Below are positions 39,301 to 51,781 of a DNA stretch of 64,000 bases, piece by piece. This stretch comes from Phoronis australis (taxonomy: Eukaryota; Animalia; Phoronida): NCBI GenBank assembly GCA_002633005.1, contig NMRA01000159.1:124001-188000 (forward strand), in the 5' to 3' direction. Below the pieces are notes generated by a model. The model was not told where the DNA came from and searched no databases. It worked only from the letters and a program-made list of their open reading frames with translations. A program made the position numbers and the translations under genes. The number at the start of each line of letters is the position of its first letter. The stretch's first letter is position 1.

Positions 39301-41689
39301 TTGTTTGGGTGCAATACTCAGGAAATTTATTGGACGGTTAAAGTTCTTGACGACCACTTTTTTGTACTACTCATAATATGTTCCTAAAAAGCTTCCATAA
39401 TATATATTGAATTCGTTGAAACTGAGCTACGTACAATGTTAAAAAGCAACTAACCTATTTATAGAAGTGCAACCGAACTACAAATCTGTATTGTGATTCC
39501 AGTTGTCAGTTTATTAACAGTATTTAAATGCGTGACCCAGACCAGCTTGTCGAAGGTGTACACACAGGCGCTCGCTTAAGTTAACTAGACACAGGTTTAG
39601 TACACAGTCGAGGAGACTGTGTTGGTAGCACTACAACAACACAATGCAACGTACTGTGGCAGTAATCTGACTAAAGCACGATTTCTTTTGATTTAATTCA
39701 ATAAACAAATGACATACGATTCCTGGTTTGAAATAACAGAGGGGTGGCGTGAAAATAAACTCCTTCAGGAATGTACAATGTCATTCATTATGACCATTTT
39801 CAGAAAATTGGGGTGAAATCATGTCCTGATAAGTGTCACCCACGCACGTATTTAAAGGACACCTAACTAATCGGGACAACAAAATCGTGTTTTCAGCTCA
39901 GTTCATCCCTTTGAACATCAGCGCATAGTTAATTCATCCCAATTATTTATTAATTCTAACATATAAAAATTGTCAAGCCGTGAAGAACAACGCTAATTTA
40001 TGTCAGTTGTTCCGCTAAATACAGTGGCAGATGCGTTACAAATCCGTTAGGTATATGAAAACCTTCGGGTACCTCAGTAAATATATCGTCAAACAATTTT
40101 AGACTATTCTGTATCAAAATTTGTTGAATACACGACATTTGTCGTTATTAACAATCTTTATTCCGTTCCGTAGTATCCTCGGAACAAAGTTCGACACTCA
40201 ACATAACATTGTCTCAACCCACGAAAGTGTGATTTACATTCGAAATAAGCACCGAACGCTATAAGTACACCACCAAGCTTTATATGTTACCTAAGATGAA
40301 AAAGTAAGATGAGATGTTCTCCAAAAAGGTCATTGTCGTAACATTGACATTGGTATATGAAATAAAGGAATAAACATGATTTATACCACAATATCAGCCT
40401 CGAATGGCCAATACAACCGTGTAATAACCCATTTAGTTATCTCACTAGTGAGACAACATTTTGGCGGGAATCGAGGCCGGTTTCAAACCCAGTCCGGATC
40501 CTCTTCATACGTGTAGACCAAAGCTAAGAACATTTCAAAAGTGTGGATTTACTTTGCTGTTCAGTTTTTGATATGACCTAAATGTGATTTTAAACACACT
40601 GAGTAACCCTTAAATTTGATTGAATAAGATATGTGTCCCTTATTAATGAAGAACATAACACGTGATAGTTTTCGTGTGAATCTCCAGACAATTTTGTACG
40701 CCAGCAGTCATCAGTCCCCGGTCTCTTGTCTCAAGTGTGGAATGATGAACTGTATGTATGTGTAAATTTCTTAAATCGTTTGCGCATTTGTGTCTTAGTT
40801 AAATCACAAATATTGTGTTTTTCCATCACTTTTCATCACGAGCTCCTCTTATTTTTCAATATTGTATTTGAAAACGATGACTTTATTTGAATGGAAATAA
40901 ATAGGGACGTTCCATGAAAAGACCCCTATATTTATTTTCAATAATGTTGGGAATTTAACCAGGTGTTTAGCGTTGGTGTGTATCAAAGTTAAAAGTTGAT
41001 TTAGTAATGAAGGCAGAAAATCACAGAAAGTTCAGTCAATGTCTGCACACAAACGCAGTGAAAAATTAAGGAACATAGTTGAGTTCATATGTGGGCCTGT
41101 TTCATGCAACCGGCCAAGGTCAACTATTTCCCCACACCAACCATTCCCCTCCAGAGATGGCGCTGTCAAACAGGCCTCTGGCTAGTGACTACCTGCTCGG
41201 ACTTTAATACAGAAATAAACATTCAAAAACGGTCATTACAAGTTGGTTTCGTCTCACTCCCTTTGCTGGCATTGGCGCGGTTTCAAAAGTTTAAGTCTTC
41301 TGACAAAGGTCCAACGACCGTCATGAGGGAACAGTTCAAAGAACATACCCCGCTCTTTATGAAGACGCGATCCTAAGTTAAGAACGTGAGACGGAGAGAT
41401 CGCGTGATCATGTGAAACTGTCCTGGAGCTCGGCCCCACCTATTCATCTGCATATAAGGAAGTTTAACATTTCAACATTTCTAATTTTTTAACAATAATG
41501 TTTATGATGACGATGACGGTGTCGTATTAGGAAACAGCGATAGAAACAGTAAAAGTAAAATAAGATGCAATAATGACACAAACGAGTCATAACATTAAGA
41601 ATAGCAACAGTGATAAAATTGTTATCAAACAGTACTAAAACTAGGGTATTAGTAACTGCGACAGTACTGCATATGATGATAACAATAGT

Positions 41690-42960
41690 AGACAAAAGGT
41701 TCTCTGTAAAGCATTAAAATCCACCGCTTGCCAATTTAAGCTAGTCTGCCTCTAATGAGGGGTAAAATACAACCTGATATTGCAAAAGTTAAAAGAAAAT
41801 CGTAGCACAGATATAACAAGTGGCTGGCAAAACCAGTTTGGAGATACGTCATGACTCTAACTGCGTGACGCTGTTGTTGTGTGGTTGAAAATTTTCAATC
41901 AAAAACGTCTTATACTTAATAGGTTGTCGTAGTCGTTACGACCCACTTCCTCTTAATAATAAAATGTGTGTGAATAAATACGAAGTCAAATTTTAACCGA
42001 ATCAGTGAGCGTTGTCCTGATGCTCCTTATAATATTACTGGCTGTGCACCCTTATGTATGTGTAAAGTTGCGCTTGTATATAAAGTGTGTATCCGCGAGA
42101 AGCTTACTCTTAACCAGTATCTGTCTTCTGAACACCGGCTGCTCTTTCACAATGGGGAATATCTTCTCAGGGGTAAGAATTCTTATGCTGTTGTATATGT
42201 TACAATATACCTATTTACGATTTGGCATTCTTTGTGGATTGTAAAGAAGGTATCTGCTTGTTTATTAATGTTTATTACGAAAAATACAATGTACAGTAAT
42301 ACAAGTTAAGCCCTGAATGCATTAGAAAGCATGATATCTGATTGTGATTAATGGACTTCCTCCAGCTGCTATTAGAGAGTCGTTTTCCACTTTCATCATG
42401 TAATGGAGCACAATTCGTATCCATGTTGACGGTCACACATATTTATGTAAATGATTTCCTATGAATAATTAGTTTTAAAATGATAGTCAAGACTATTCTG
42501 CCTTTCTGTGTGAACCCATTGCAATGCTATCCTTTGCCGGTTCCCGAGTCGAAATGAAGCAGACGGTTTCGAATGTGGCACTGTTTAAGGACATTACATT
42601 GCAAAACACGAAAGTTGTTCCTAAACGGTTGACAGTGAATTTGTCATTTTGACTAAAGCTTACTCCGAAGCACAGCCCCTGTTCATTTTCGGGATTCAAT
42701 GGCCATGGCAACATCTGCTCTTTTAATTTTGAATATTCGTTCTTGAGCCACTTCTACGTGTTCATAAATGTATGCGGGTATTCTTATGATTTAACCTGGT
42801 TCTGTCGCACCTTTATAAGGGTTAGTTACACTGATTTTTGGATTTTTGATTATTATGATTTTTTTGTATCGTCTCAACCTTTGATTCTTCATTTTGGTAA
42901 TAAAATGAAAAGTAGAAAGTCTTAATTATGACCCCATCTGTGAAAGTTCTCTGTCCTGTA
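41690..42960 (-). mobile_element. Highly degenerate Penelope-like retroelement (RT + GIY-YIG) remnant
   Basis: Minus-strand fragments in the expected order: LLPK (FYLLPKIHK-like), IPAYI (LPSYIKDT-like), IC.T.NMDTNCAP (QxxGxAMGTxxAP-like), KIFP...FRRQILVKSKL, and KRWILML. Many stops and frameshifts. Confidence 0.5.
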
Positions 42961-43883
42961 ACACTGCCCAGCACACTCGAATGGATAACGACGCCGATAA
43001 ATTTTAAACACACTGGCCAATATCAGGACACTAAACAAGGAACTTTCAGTTGTCAGAATGAACAACAGGCCAGTTATCCAAATTAATTTGGTTCGAGGGT
43101 ACCCTGGACATTTGAGGAAAGCTCAACGTTTAGCTCAGTGTACACAAGCAGGTAAGTTAGTCACACATAGTTTACAGTAGAACCTTCCTTCTGGTTTGTT
43201 TTTACTATGTACAGTAAAACTGATGGTAACAGATGGCGACAAGTTCAGAACAATCCTATTACAGTTGTGCCCCCTAGTGGCAATTTTAGTTTTCACGTTT
43301 GCCTTTGTATCTTTAGAATGCATTGATGGATTTTCATGAAATTTGGTAGAGGAGAAAACTTTGTCTTCCTATTTTCGAACGGGTTCAACGTATTCCGCGC
43401 CTCTTAGGGGCAATTTTTTAATTTGAGTTCGTTTTTAGCATACGCCTCTTTATCCGTCAATTGAATTTTTAATGAAAAATTTAAAAATCAACAACCACGG
43501 TTTCTACTTCCTTAATACTAAATTAAAGAACAATAAACCTGTTTTTATTTAAAATTGTGAAATATTGTACAATTAACAACCCTGCTCATACATATAGGTA
43601 AAGACATTATCACGTCACACAGTGCCACCTTGTGTTACTGGCTGCTTCCCATGGTTTGAGGTGGATGCAATTTGTCCACAATCGTCACGGACTGTTGCTC
43701 AAAGCGTTATTGGCGTTCGGAAACCAGAAAACAGCAATTTACTAACCCAGTCAAGTCCTGTGGTAACGATTAGGTCTGCTGGCAGCGGTAGATTAAAGTG
43801 TCTAGTATCCATTTCAAATGTCTGCAGTGTAGACCGAATAGCATCTACACGATTTGCATAGCGTGATTAATGTGATTTTGTAG

Positions 43884-46800
43884 GGGGACCTTCCACTGCC
43901 CACGACGCTGATGAGGCTACGGAAACAAGATCCGTCAGTTGACGCCGTCAACAGCTTCAGTCCGGTTGTCGTATATTCGGAAGTGACGGAAGGACCCGAA
44001 GATAGCTCCGTCAAAATAGCCGGACTTGACCCAATCGGCTATAAACCAGAACCTTTAACTTTTTTCTACAACCCAATGACTGAGACGGAACAGTTTGACG
44101 CGGTACACTGCTTTGCAGTGGTAAGAAATGTACGTATAGTATGGGAAGTATAGACGGAAATTATAGAATGCAAAATAAGCAAACTAAGCACTTCCATTTA
44201 ATGTTACATTATTGATGCATTTTAAGTGGACTTGGCATCTAGGTGAAATGGACCATCCTCTTCCCTGTAGTTTTGACAGCTATATAACTGAGCTCACCTG
44301 TATCCTAAGCTTGCTTAGATTAGAAGTGTTTTGTGCAATTGATGAGAACTGATAAGTTCGTTTACTTATTGTGTGAAGTCCTGCTCAGCTTATGAAAGGA
44401 TGAGCCGAGTCAAGCCGAGTCAAGCCGAGTCAAGCCGAGTTAAGCCGAAGTGACCCTGGCAGAGAATAAGTACAGCGTCCGCGGAAATTAATTCCAATCT
44501 GAATAACTAACAATTTGATGCCAATTTTATACAAAACATGAAGCATGTGAATCAAATGTAAGTGTTTTGACAGAAGACAGTTTTATTGCACCATTAACAA
44601 CGTCGGGCTGTGGAAACAATTACACGGTTGCGCCCCTAAATTTCAGCTAATGTACAACCCTCTAAACTAGTACAGGTAAATGCAACGGAGGACTTTTTTC
44701 AGTGTGACGGCTAGATTCTTTTAATACCTGCGCAAAGTTTCAATGTGTAAAACCGGAAGTGTGTTCATGGCTTATGGAAAGAAAATTAGCGAATTTATTC
44801 CCATAGGGCTTCCGTCCAGTCGTTTCGGCAGCACTCATTTTATTACACACTATTAAAGTATTCGACATTCACGGGAGGGTGGTCTCGTATGGTCTCGCCA
44901 AACTGGCGAGAAATTGTTACTCGCTTTGCCAAAAAAATCTTCCATAACTGTTCTAAATCATCACCATTTCCACTGTGTAGGTAAAAACAATGTTCGACCA
45001 GGCGCTAAATCAGATGGGCCAAACCTTTGAATGGCAGTGGGGGTCCTCGCCCCCTCTGACGGTGGTGCCGAGATTCAGAGAAGAAAGCCAAAATCCTTTC
45101 GCCATTAACGCCCGATATGATCGACGAAACAAGAGGCTTATATTTGACGTCTGGGCACCCTCCCCCGAAGAAAAAGTTTACCTCAGCCAGTCGTACGACA
45201 TCGTGGCTCACGAGGTCGGGCACGCCATCTTGGACGGTTTAGTGCCCGAGTACTTGGACTCAGCGCGGATGGGTGACTTTGAGACTGGTAGGTGTTCATA
45301 GGAAATTGGTACTTCGGTTTTTCGTTCAGGCTTTTTTACAAGATTTCATAGATCCCGGGGTTGTCAAACTGGCACAAATATTGGAGTACAAACTCGAAAC
45401 TTTTAGCCTTAGGATCATCAACTTTAAACTAGGATTATATAATTATTTACGTCCTAAGACATCATGTACTCGAGCAAAATAGAACATCTTCCGTTCACAC
45501 AAAAGAAGAATGCCAAAAATAATTTGGAGTAAGAATATTACTACCGGGCCCTTGTCTTACCCAATGACGTTACTGCTACCAACATTTAGTAAGAGTTGAA
45601 AGATGACGTGGGATCTTCGGAGCAGTCAGTTGCTAGAAAGGTTGTGTGACTTTTTAAAGCCACTTCACTTACGCGTCAATGCTCCGTATGCTCTGGTAGC
45701 TGTCACGTGAGATCGATTTTGCAAGGTTAGGCGGCGTGTAGTTCAAGTCGTTTTGGATAGGTAAGCGGGAGGACCTGCAGTTTTAGGAAATGTTCACCTA
45801 TCCATCGATTGATTAGTGTGACGCCATTTTGACATTTTAGATCTATTCAAAGAAAAATAAAAATGACAAAATTAAAAACAATAATAATAATTAGGCCACA
45901 TTTACACAGCGCTGTACATTACTAAGCACTTCGAAAGTTATGACCTGGCCACGGACTTGGTATGTAATCGTAATCCTTCTGAGCCCCCAGGAACATACAA
46001 TTTTCCAGTGATATATATTTATTCAAGAATACACAGAGAATACAAGGAAAATAATGACAAACCTAGAAATCACATACAATTGGTACGTGCAGCCGTTGTC
46101 GTAGCAAACCGATTAATCCAAATCTACAATTTTGTAAAAAAATAAAGTGCTTAATTGCCCCCGTGGTTATCTGAATCGGAAAAAAGACCTGCAAAATTTT
46201 TGAAATTGTGATGCGACTTTGCATTACTATTCCTATTTGTGGTCAAAATCACGTCATATTAGTGGCAGATACGTCATCACTATACAATGGTCATTGAACT
46301 CGAAGATACTGCTAAAGCCATTTTACCTTCAAAGAGACGACCATGACCTTTGAGCGTAGTAACGTAACTGTAATACGTGCGCGTTACAATTTGACACAAT
46401 TTCTTGAAAAAGTATTTATTAATTTTCTATCCGCAGGTGGCCTACACGAGTCTTTTGGTGATTTGACCGTCATATTCTCGCTTATGTGGCAGTTTGACGT
46501 GGTCGAGTCAATTATGACGGAGTCTCGAGGGGGTGTCACGTTGATTCAAGGATTTTGGAACATCATGGGTGAACACTTTGCCGAGAAGGTATTCGGCAGA
46601 GACCCGGAGACGCAAGGCATCAGAAACCTAAACAGCAGTTTGTCAGTGAGTTGAAAATCGGGACTTTTTCGTACTTTCAAACCAACGAACTCGCCCTCAT
46701 CCCTTTCCTGTTTAATTCTAAGTAAAGTGGTCTTAGGACGCTTAACTAAAAAGTGAAAGATATCGCACGCCTTTAACAGGCAGTTTCTGGCAATTCGGAA

Positions 46801-47818
46801 AAGAGGAATAAGCAAACGTCTTGCTTCCTCCACCAATATCTCCTCTACACACTTCACGGTTGACCTCACGCACGATACCGTCAGTATGGTCGTGATAGGC
46901 AACAATTTTAACGACTTTTTTGGTTAAATTACGATTTTCTAGTTAAACCCAAAAAGTTGCTTCCTCTCTTTACCCCAACCCACGGTGACACGTGCGCTCA
47001 GCGACTAAAAACGCCAACCCACATCAATTTTGTTCAAGGTCTCGTGTTTCATTTTGAAAGCTGCACAAAGGCACGTGAGGACGAGAGAGCAATTATTCGA
47101 ATCCCCATAATTCATAAAGCAATGAGTAAAAACATAATTTTTGCTCGTCTCAGGTGCAAAAGTGACCAACTAAATAAATAAAGTTTTGACTTCTATATAA
47201 AAAGTTACACATATTTTTTCTTTTATGACAGTTTTATTTTGATGCACGTCGTGTTTTCTATGAAACAAGAAACCAAATTAGGGGTGCCACCGACTTCGAT
47301 TTTGAGCTATTTTTGTTTTAACACTCATGACAAGAATGCAAAACTTGGGATCACAGTTTCTCCGCTGCGTGACGTAATACTATGTTTTTGTTGGTATTGT
47401 TTTCTTACGTATAAAGTGGCCTAATTACACTGAATAAATCACTACTATATGTATAGGGATAGTGAAAAAAATTAAGTTGATTTGAACAATCTAAGACAGT
47501 ATCTTATTTGATTAAAAATTGCCGCTTAAATTGTCACACCTTACACATCAGCGACCACAAAGACACGTACACTCGAACATGTTGAAGCTATGGCATCTTC
47601 TACTTCTGGAACGCTTCGGTGACCATTCACAGGCGCGGATAAAACTACACTGGGTGTAGTCCGCGACAGAGAGCACTCCTAGTATATGGCCGCGAAGCAG
47701 AGACGGGAATGCCGACAGCATGGCACCCTTCTTCATTATATTTTTAGCAGGCAAGCTTACAATTTCTGCATACATGGTTATCCGACGGTAAGAAATGTTT
47801 GCAACACACGCACACACA

Positions 47819-47869
<51 letters not shown>

Positions 47870-48623
47870 GACAGTTTTGCACTGTTTTAACGGTGGCGTG
47901 AACGAGCAACACTGCATTATTGACACGAACGAACCACCTGTGACGGATTTGTCACCTCGAGCTCATGGCTCTTGTATCCCTTTAAGCAAACAACTTCCAA
48001 GCTTACTGAATAAGACCCAAAATAACCTTCTTACAAGCTGACGTACACAATGACGCCTCCGATGCCAAAGACGGTCCGAAGTGCACGTAAACAAAGATTA
48101 CTGGACATGATTCGGGCTACGAACAGTATTTCAGGAGTGACACATGCATAACTAATTAATTTAAGATTATCTAAGATGACCTGGAAATCGCAAGTTAACT
48201 AAAATGACAGTAAAAACAGTTGCTTTCTCCTAAAATGCAATTCAATGTTTGTTTTAGGTTGAGCAAATACCAACGGGCGCTGTTGATGGCCTCGGATTTG
48301 TGTTCACGTCATCAATCTTTGCTGCCCTCGTTGACGTGTTCTTGATGCGGAAAAATGTGAAGTATGAAAATCCCGCCTTCACTCTTTATCAACTGGCAAA
48401 AGAGTTTCTTGGACTGACTCTCATCAGTTTTACATGTGCACCTCGTCCTCGATGCACACTGGAACAAATGGCAAGGCAGTTCATGAATAACACTGGCGAC
48501 GAGCAAGTGAAAACAGCACTCTACAACCATTTCGTGAAGAGAGACATACTATCGGAAACACGTCACTCCATGGGGAAGAAGAAGATGCCCCCAAGCTTCT
48601 GCAAAAGTTTTGCAGATGACTGA
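43884..48623 (+). CDS. Gene C: tandem paralog of gene B, gluzincin zinc metallopeptidase (~370 aa; 5' end uncertain)
   Basis: join(43884 [or ATG 43911]..44129,44981..45287,46437..46645,48258..48623). Intron positions and phases match gene B: MRLRKQDPSV...FDAVHCFAVVRN|VKTMFDQAL...FEWQWG...SQSYDIVAHEVGHAILDGLVP...ET|GGLHESFGDLTVIF...GIRNLNSSLS|VEQIPTG...GKKKMPPSFCKSF. HExxH is at 45209-45223. Confidence 0.88.
44403..44448. repeat. (AAGCCGAGTC)n 10-bp tandem repeat
   Basis: 4-5 units, in intron 1 of gene C. Confidence 0.9.
47804..47870. repeat. (GCAC)n/(CA)n microsatellite
   Basis: Visible directly, in intron 3 of gene C. Confidence 0.9.
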
Positions 48624-50943
48624 CATTCAGACACAATGAGAACCAGTTTGATGTCCGTTATTCAGTGGAGAAAAAATGTTTATCAAAATGTGGCACGTTA
48701 TATTTGACTATTACTCAGAAAGGAGCAAGATATCGCAATCATTAACAGTTCAATTATTTCTGACGAGTTAAGCGAACGACAACACACATCTGTAAATATA
48801 AATGCGGACATAGTGACAGGGTAAAGCAGAAGTACGCATAGTCGAGTTTGTGTTTTTGATCAGCTCAATCAATAAGTGAGAAAAATGGGTTATTAATATT
48901 GTTTAATGGGAATGCAGAAGCCTGTGCTTTCAAATACAGAATCTGTACGTTCAACAACTGAAAACATGCATTGAGCAACTAATCTGTCGGCGTTTCGTTA
49001 CAGTATTATGACACCGTATCATTGGCATATGCAAAAAGTCATATGTTTACGTAGTGTGATCATTCAACGGCGTCAGCCCATTGGCGCATTTTCGGAAAAT
49101 TTCAAAAAGTACGCCCACGGGCGTATGTTTGGTAACTGTTTGCATGTTTTGAAAAAATGTTGTATGGTTTTAAAATACATATGAGATACGTTTTGACTTC
49201 AAAACGTGTTTATTTCGGAAAGACACGATGTTTTGGGATCAAAACTTCACTCAAATGACTATCATTTAGCGAGATATTGGGTAACGTCCTTGTCAACTAA
49301 CCGTATTACTACTGTTTTTGCTGAATGCAAAATAAGCATAGACCAATAAAATATTTAGTGGTGATATACAATAAAACGTGTTTATTTCAAATACTTTAAA
49401 AAATACGCCCCCTCCCTTCCGAAAGAACATCTGGGCGAATATTCAGTTTCATTTCATTTGTCTGAAAGATCTCTTTTCAAATATCCTCCATGGGCCTATT
49501 TTCGGAAATTCCCGGTGGCAATTTTCGGCGGAAAAAGAGTAGCTTGTGGAGTGGCTTATGAGCCTTGAAGCAAGCCAGGAACGGATTTGTTGCAGGTAAA
49601 TCCCTGCAGCAAACAGAAAATTCACGGTCTTCTGAGAGACGTATATGCTATTTATGACTTAGTTTCTTGCATAGCACTTTCCGGGGTTAGTTGTTACTAA
49701 GACTACATCCCATATCGTTGAGAATGCCAGTGGTGGATTTAGAGGGGGCCAAGAGGGTCATAACCCCCCTAAAATTCTCCAAGATTCCACTTGGCAGTTC
49801 GGGAGTGCACGGACAAACTCCTTGCTAATACTCTGCCGTGCCCCCCCCGACTCAAAATCCCGGATCCACCCCTGAATTTGTACCGTGAATTTAGTGGCTC
49901 GAGTTCGCCAGGCAAGAACTGGGAATCACAGACAAACAACATCAACCCGATGCGATCAAACAACATAAACCTGATGCTCTAAAAATCGCCATGCACAAGG
50001 GGAAACAATTAGAGTGCCATTTGTAGTGCTGTGTACTGTTTATCGTATTATGCTTCCACCCTGTGTCCGCTTTTCTGCCTCCGGTTTATAAATACAAACG
50101 CTCGACACTCATAATGACTTTGTGGCGTAAGATTTGTAGTACTTCTAGCCAGACGGCTATCGTCAAAAAGACCTCAAAATTTCACATTACCCGGGTACAT
50201 CTCACGTCACCTCGTGGTGAAATTGTTTTCGACATGTAGAGCTAACAACCGGACGGACCGCATGCAAAATCTGGGAGTTTACCGACACTCATCTTGCCCG
50301 TTGTAGCTGTTTAAGTGAAACAGGTAATTTTGTGTGGCTTTTGTAAGAATTAAAAGTATGTCGTTGACAAAAAAACATTACGCTCGTTAGCCTCGTTCCA
50401 TCCTCCAGCTGGTAGTCCGCTTCGCACGATATGAATATAGAGTCAAGTTCCTAACTGCAATGACTTCCTTCTTTGGAAAGTTTCGCGAATTCGCTAGCCT
50501 AATAGATGTCGCGTCAGTGCTGCTCATTTACTACGAACGATCACCAGTCGTAACCAGTCACGGTCTATGAGTTAAATTTGCTCCACCCCCCAAAATCGCA
50601 GAAATCTTTGTTTACGATTGCCAAAACATGCATTTTGATCACCTAATTCATTAAACATGTACACTGCACACATTCATCAAAAAAATCTACTCCTGACAAT
50701 TTAACCGACAGAGCGAGTTTCGTACGATAAACTCACTCTTCATTAAAAATGCCTTTCTGATGTCGATTTTAAAAAGAAGCAGCATTGTTCAAACTATTTG
50801 CAAAAATGTTCTAATGCTTTTATCCCATATGCGTTGAATCAATCGAGTGCAATACGGCCATGTGACATTGTTTTCCGTATTCACATCCCGCACTACTTCA
50901 ACAATGCCCTCTGACATGGAAAGTTCTAAAGGTAGGTCTATGT

Positions 50944-51781
50944 CGACTCGACGTCGCTTGCCCTTTCGCTCATCAAACTTTCCCAAAATAGTTTTAGAGT
51001 ATAATTGCAGCAGTATAAATAACACTCAACATGCAATTAAGTCCCAAACGTAAGATCAAATGTTACAAGTTCAATGCACAATTATCGTTGTTTTCATCTT
51101 TGTTATCTCTTCAAATAATATTTTTTTGAATTTAAAACTGTTTCTTTTAGTAGAGAAAACTTGTAACCCAACGCGCAAGTACATACATATACGATGTGAT
51201 CCGCCACGTGAACAATCTGGGTGAAGTATTAAAAAAATTTGCCGAACAATGGAAGAAACTTAGGGAATTCGAAGCGTGTGGGATAAATACAAAACGTACC
51301 TCGATTGGCGTAGATGAAGTACATCGTGTAATATCCCACCCATTCCTAGTATCGACCGAGACAATTAAAGGTTCAGGTGGCGGATCACATCCTATATGTA
51401 TGTACCTGCACACTAGGTTACACGTTTTCCGTGGTGAAAGAAACAGTTTTAAATGAAACGACACATTATTTACTTGAAAAGAGATAACAAAGATGAAAAC
51501 ACAGATAATTGTGCAGTGAACTTGTAACATTACCTGAAAATAGGTAAACAACAGCAATATTTGATATTGTAGTTACCGAGGAATCGGCGCCTGAGTTGCT
51601 GACGATATACATGTAAACTGTATGTAGCAATTGAAAACTGAGACAGACGTTTCATATAATTAAGTTTTGTTCAAGATGTTACGATTGAGACCTGATTGCC
51701 CATTGAGTGTTATTTACACTGCTGCAATAAAACTACTTTTGGGAAAATGTGATGATCAAACCAGCTAACGACGTCGAGTCG
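50944..51781. mobile_element. Foldback-type element with long imperfect inverted arms
   Basis: 51059-51213 is the reverse complement of ~51371-51531, and 50944-51055 of ~51678-51781 (CGACTCGACGTCG / CGACGTCGAGTCG), with an extra segment in the right arm. Confidence 0.65.

Noticed and set aside
40260-40520. KLYMLPKMKK, resembling the PLE RT N-terminal LPKIHK motif
   Set aside because: Suggestive, but downstream RT motifs are too decayed to support a call.
43623-43762. Candidate upstream exon of gene C (ends SSPV|gtaacg, phase 0)
   Set aside because: No counterpart upstream of gene B and no start codon; it cannot be supported without transcripts.
29623-48623. Bacterial contamination as the source of the peptidases
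   Set aside because: Canonical GT-AG introns shared by both paralogs and filled with animal transposons and microsatellites.
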